Shown here: positions 61,501-64,000 of the stretch, piece after piece
Numbering within the stretch: position 1 is the stretch's first letter
How the letters are laid out: every line of letters starts with the position of its first letter
Assembly (NCBI GenBank): GCA_001599295.1
Contig: BCGN01000003.1
Location: 1,922,001 to 1,986,000 of the forward strand
Direction of reading: 5' to 3'
DNA: 64,000 nucleotides
From: Sporopachydermia quercuum
Taxonomy: Eukaryota
Notes under the pieces: generated by a model
What the model was told of the DNA's origin: nothing
Seen by the model: only the letters and a program-made list of their open reading frames with translations
The model's database searches: none
Program-made: the position numbers and the translations under genes

Positions 61501-64000
61501 TAATATATATTTAAATATGAGATGCACTCAGGACATGATACAACAAGGACTTATACGTTGTCTCTAGCTGTCTATCAATCGGTTGTGAACCATCAAATAT
61601 CATCAATTGTATAAAAGCAGTAAGAAGACAAAGAACGTCCTTCAATTCGACTTCATATAACTAAAACTTTTTATGCTTGTAGAATTATAGCATATTTCCT
61701 TGTAGATATTGTTCTTAAATTATTTTGGGTTTTTCCTTGATCTTATTGAGACCGATTTGAGCAATCTTGGAACCTTAACAAATCAAAAGATCATGATCTT
61801 AATGCTTATTCATGCATTTTCGGTGAAGGCGATTATTTGGACTTGAACTAAACTTGTTGAATTTTAATTAGTTGTTGAAATGTTCAGTTGTTCAAGCAGC
61901 TAGGGACAAGGTATGTGTGAAAATAAGTATTGAGTTCTTACCTGATGTATGTCATGTGATTGTTCAATCGAGCAATTGCTTGCAGAAAGAATGCCATCAC
62001 CTTTTACGAGAGGAAGGATTCTAAGTAATTTAACGATCTAATTATGTAATTAAAAAACAATTGTTTATTCTCTTTCCTTTTGCTGTGGTCATAATATTAC
62101 AGTGATATCCTAAAAAAGCAAATAATAAAATGTACCTCTGATCATCAAAAGCTTTAACTGGCTTCGGATCTGCTTATTACCAAAAGCTTATATTTTTAAT
62201 TGCCGCAATAGCATCTTAAGATTTGAACGAAATAAAAGTACAAATTATTTTGCAACTTATGATGAAACCTGATAACTTATTATTCACCTTCTATTGTTCC
62301 AGAGTAGGACAATATTTCATCCGACAAATGCTAAATCTGCATCATATGGAAGCTGAGTACCGGAAGGTAAACGTATAAGTTTAATGCTTTCTTTATAAAT
62401 TCCAATAAAGATATATCATTGAAATAATTGGCATTGCAAATGAGAAAGCGAGGATCTCAATCTTATATCAAAAAGGAAAGATCACTGCCACTGAGAACGT
62501 AAGAATTCACGGAGTTTTAGGGTCTAGGGTTTTCAATCTTCTCAACAGGTTTAATATTTGACTGATGGAAGTATATATTTTATCGATTGTGATGCAGTGT
62601 CACATGTAGTAATTAAAGTGATGACCTTCGCCTAGTAAACTAGCCGGTCTTTTGTTCGATTTGGACTTAAAGAGGAACTTATCGATATAAAGTTACTCCT
62701 GTTGTCATGGAAAAACTTGTTTCTTCACTAATCTCAAGTGTTAGGGCAAGTTATGTGCTAAGTATAAAACAAAGGCCCAATTATTTAAGCTGGAAACCCA
62801 GAGGAGTGAATCAAAGAAAATGGTATTCTTTGAAGACAGGAGATGAAGCATGTTGACCACCTTCATTAGCGGTTAGCTGTTGTCTTAAAAATTAACTGCC
62901 TCCATAATGGAAATGATCTCCATTACCGCTTCTGAATGTTAAACGAAATAATATGTTAAAACATAGGAACTCAAGATAACTGATTGTTCTTTGTTACAGA
63001 AAAAGGGGAAAAGACCAATCATTCCTCAAGAGACATTCTTGAGTAAGTAAAGCCATATCCATTACAGGCCATGCAATATCCAGATACTTAAATAAAGAAC
63101 AGATAGAAAGTCGTAGTGGTTATTAAATGAAGTATATAGGTTGATTGACTAGATGTTCAGATCTAAAGAAAAAGGTTTGAAGTACGTCATAGCAGCTTGT
63201 CTGAACAATGGCTATTATAAATATCATTACTAATCTTGTCAGCTTTGTTTCCTCCATGCAATGATCGTACAAATGGTGCGTCTATACTAAAATGACTATT
63301 TAGAAGCAATACATTACTTTAAGCATAAATAACATATTATTTGAGCCTGGCAGGGGTTATTTCACCTTTAGTTCCGAAATGAATGAGTAGATACCTTACA
63401 GTTGAAATAAGGCAAAAGGAGCTTTCTGCATCCTATCGAAAGCGTTTATGAGAGCCAGAACAGGAAGTATTAGAAAGGAGATAGATATTAATATTCTTGT
63501 TTATGAAGACCTAGGTGTAGATCCGGCTTTGAAATTTATCTTGGAATTGCTACTGATTTGAATTGCAAGTACCCTGGAACATTATTACCTGAACAATGGT
63601 ATTAACAGGTCTCTGACTTGACTTTTAATTAGGTGATTTTCGGCCCCATTCTTGAATTAAGTAATTGCATGATACTACAATGCTGTCAATATTTCAGTAG
63701 TATGCTCTACAATAGTTAGTTGACTGAAATATCTCAATCTGAAGTTAACAAACTATTTCATGCATCAATCTCTAGAACAGGAGAAATCAGAACTCAGCAT
63801 TATTAAAGAATAATACGACACCTTCACTTTATGATTATAAAAAAGAGAAGCTGCTTATATTCTTATATATTATCCTACAAGTTTAAGAAGGAAGCCAAAC
63901 CAAATCATTGTTGGCCTTCCTATTATTCTCTTACATTTTCAACGTCTAAGGCTTTGAAATGTTGATAATCCAGCTGGCCATATATGGTAAAATCACTACC

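Noticed and set aside
63043..63242. GTAAGT/GTACGT ... TACTAAT-cttgt-CAG possible + strand intron
   Set aside because: No open frame or snoRNA supports it.
1..64000. CRISPR arrays, rRNA genes, intact LTR or TIR elements
   Set aside because: No repeat-spacer structure, rRNA sequence or paired long terminal repeats seen; small or diverged TIRs cannot be excluded by eye.

Overview
Eukaryotic, AT-rich, gene-sparse window from a budding-yeast (Saccharomycotina-type) genome with relatively many spliceosomal introns (GTATGT/GTAAGT/GTACGT ... TACTAAC ... YAG). I can support 14 intact protein genes: AidB-like acyl-CoA dehydrogenase ending in PTS1-like SHL, 5-exon YLF2-type Obg/YchF GTPase, RSM24, HMO1, a Trl1-derived kinase/CPD protein without ligase domain, RAS, two tandem MCT/MCH-type MFS transporters, an INSIG/NSG protein, 3-exon endosulfine IGO1 (mostly missed by the ORF track), a GNAT acetyltransferase, an SFU1/SreA iron GATA repressor, 3-exon WSS1 with a 14-nt microexon, and an ammonium permease. 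There is also a PIF/Harbinger DDE-transposase-derived gene, an ADH6/7-like pseudogene and an snR69-like box C/D snoRNA in an intron of an apparently non-coding host. Most interesting: (1) an intact Harbinger nuclease-derived gene with degenerate catalytic residues and a long low-complexity N-terminus (probable domestication); (2) a ligase-less Trl1 paralog with a mitochondrial-type leader and degenerate CPD motifs; (3) the WSS1 HExxH motif split by a microexon; (4) the intronic snoRNA. The last ~8 kb has no recognisable gene. All family assignments are from motif recognition by eye, not database searches.
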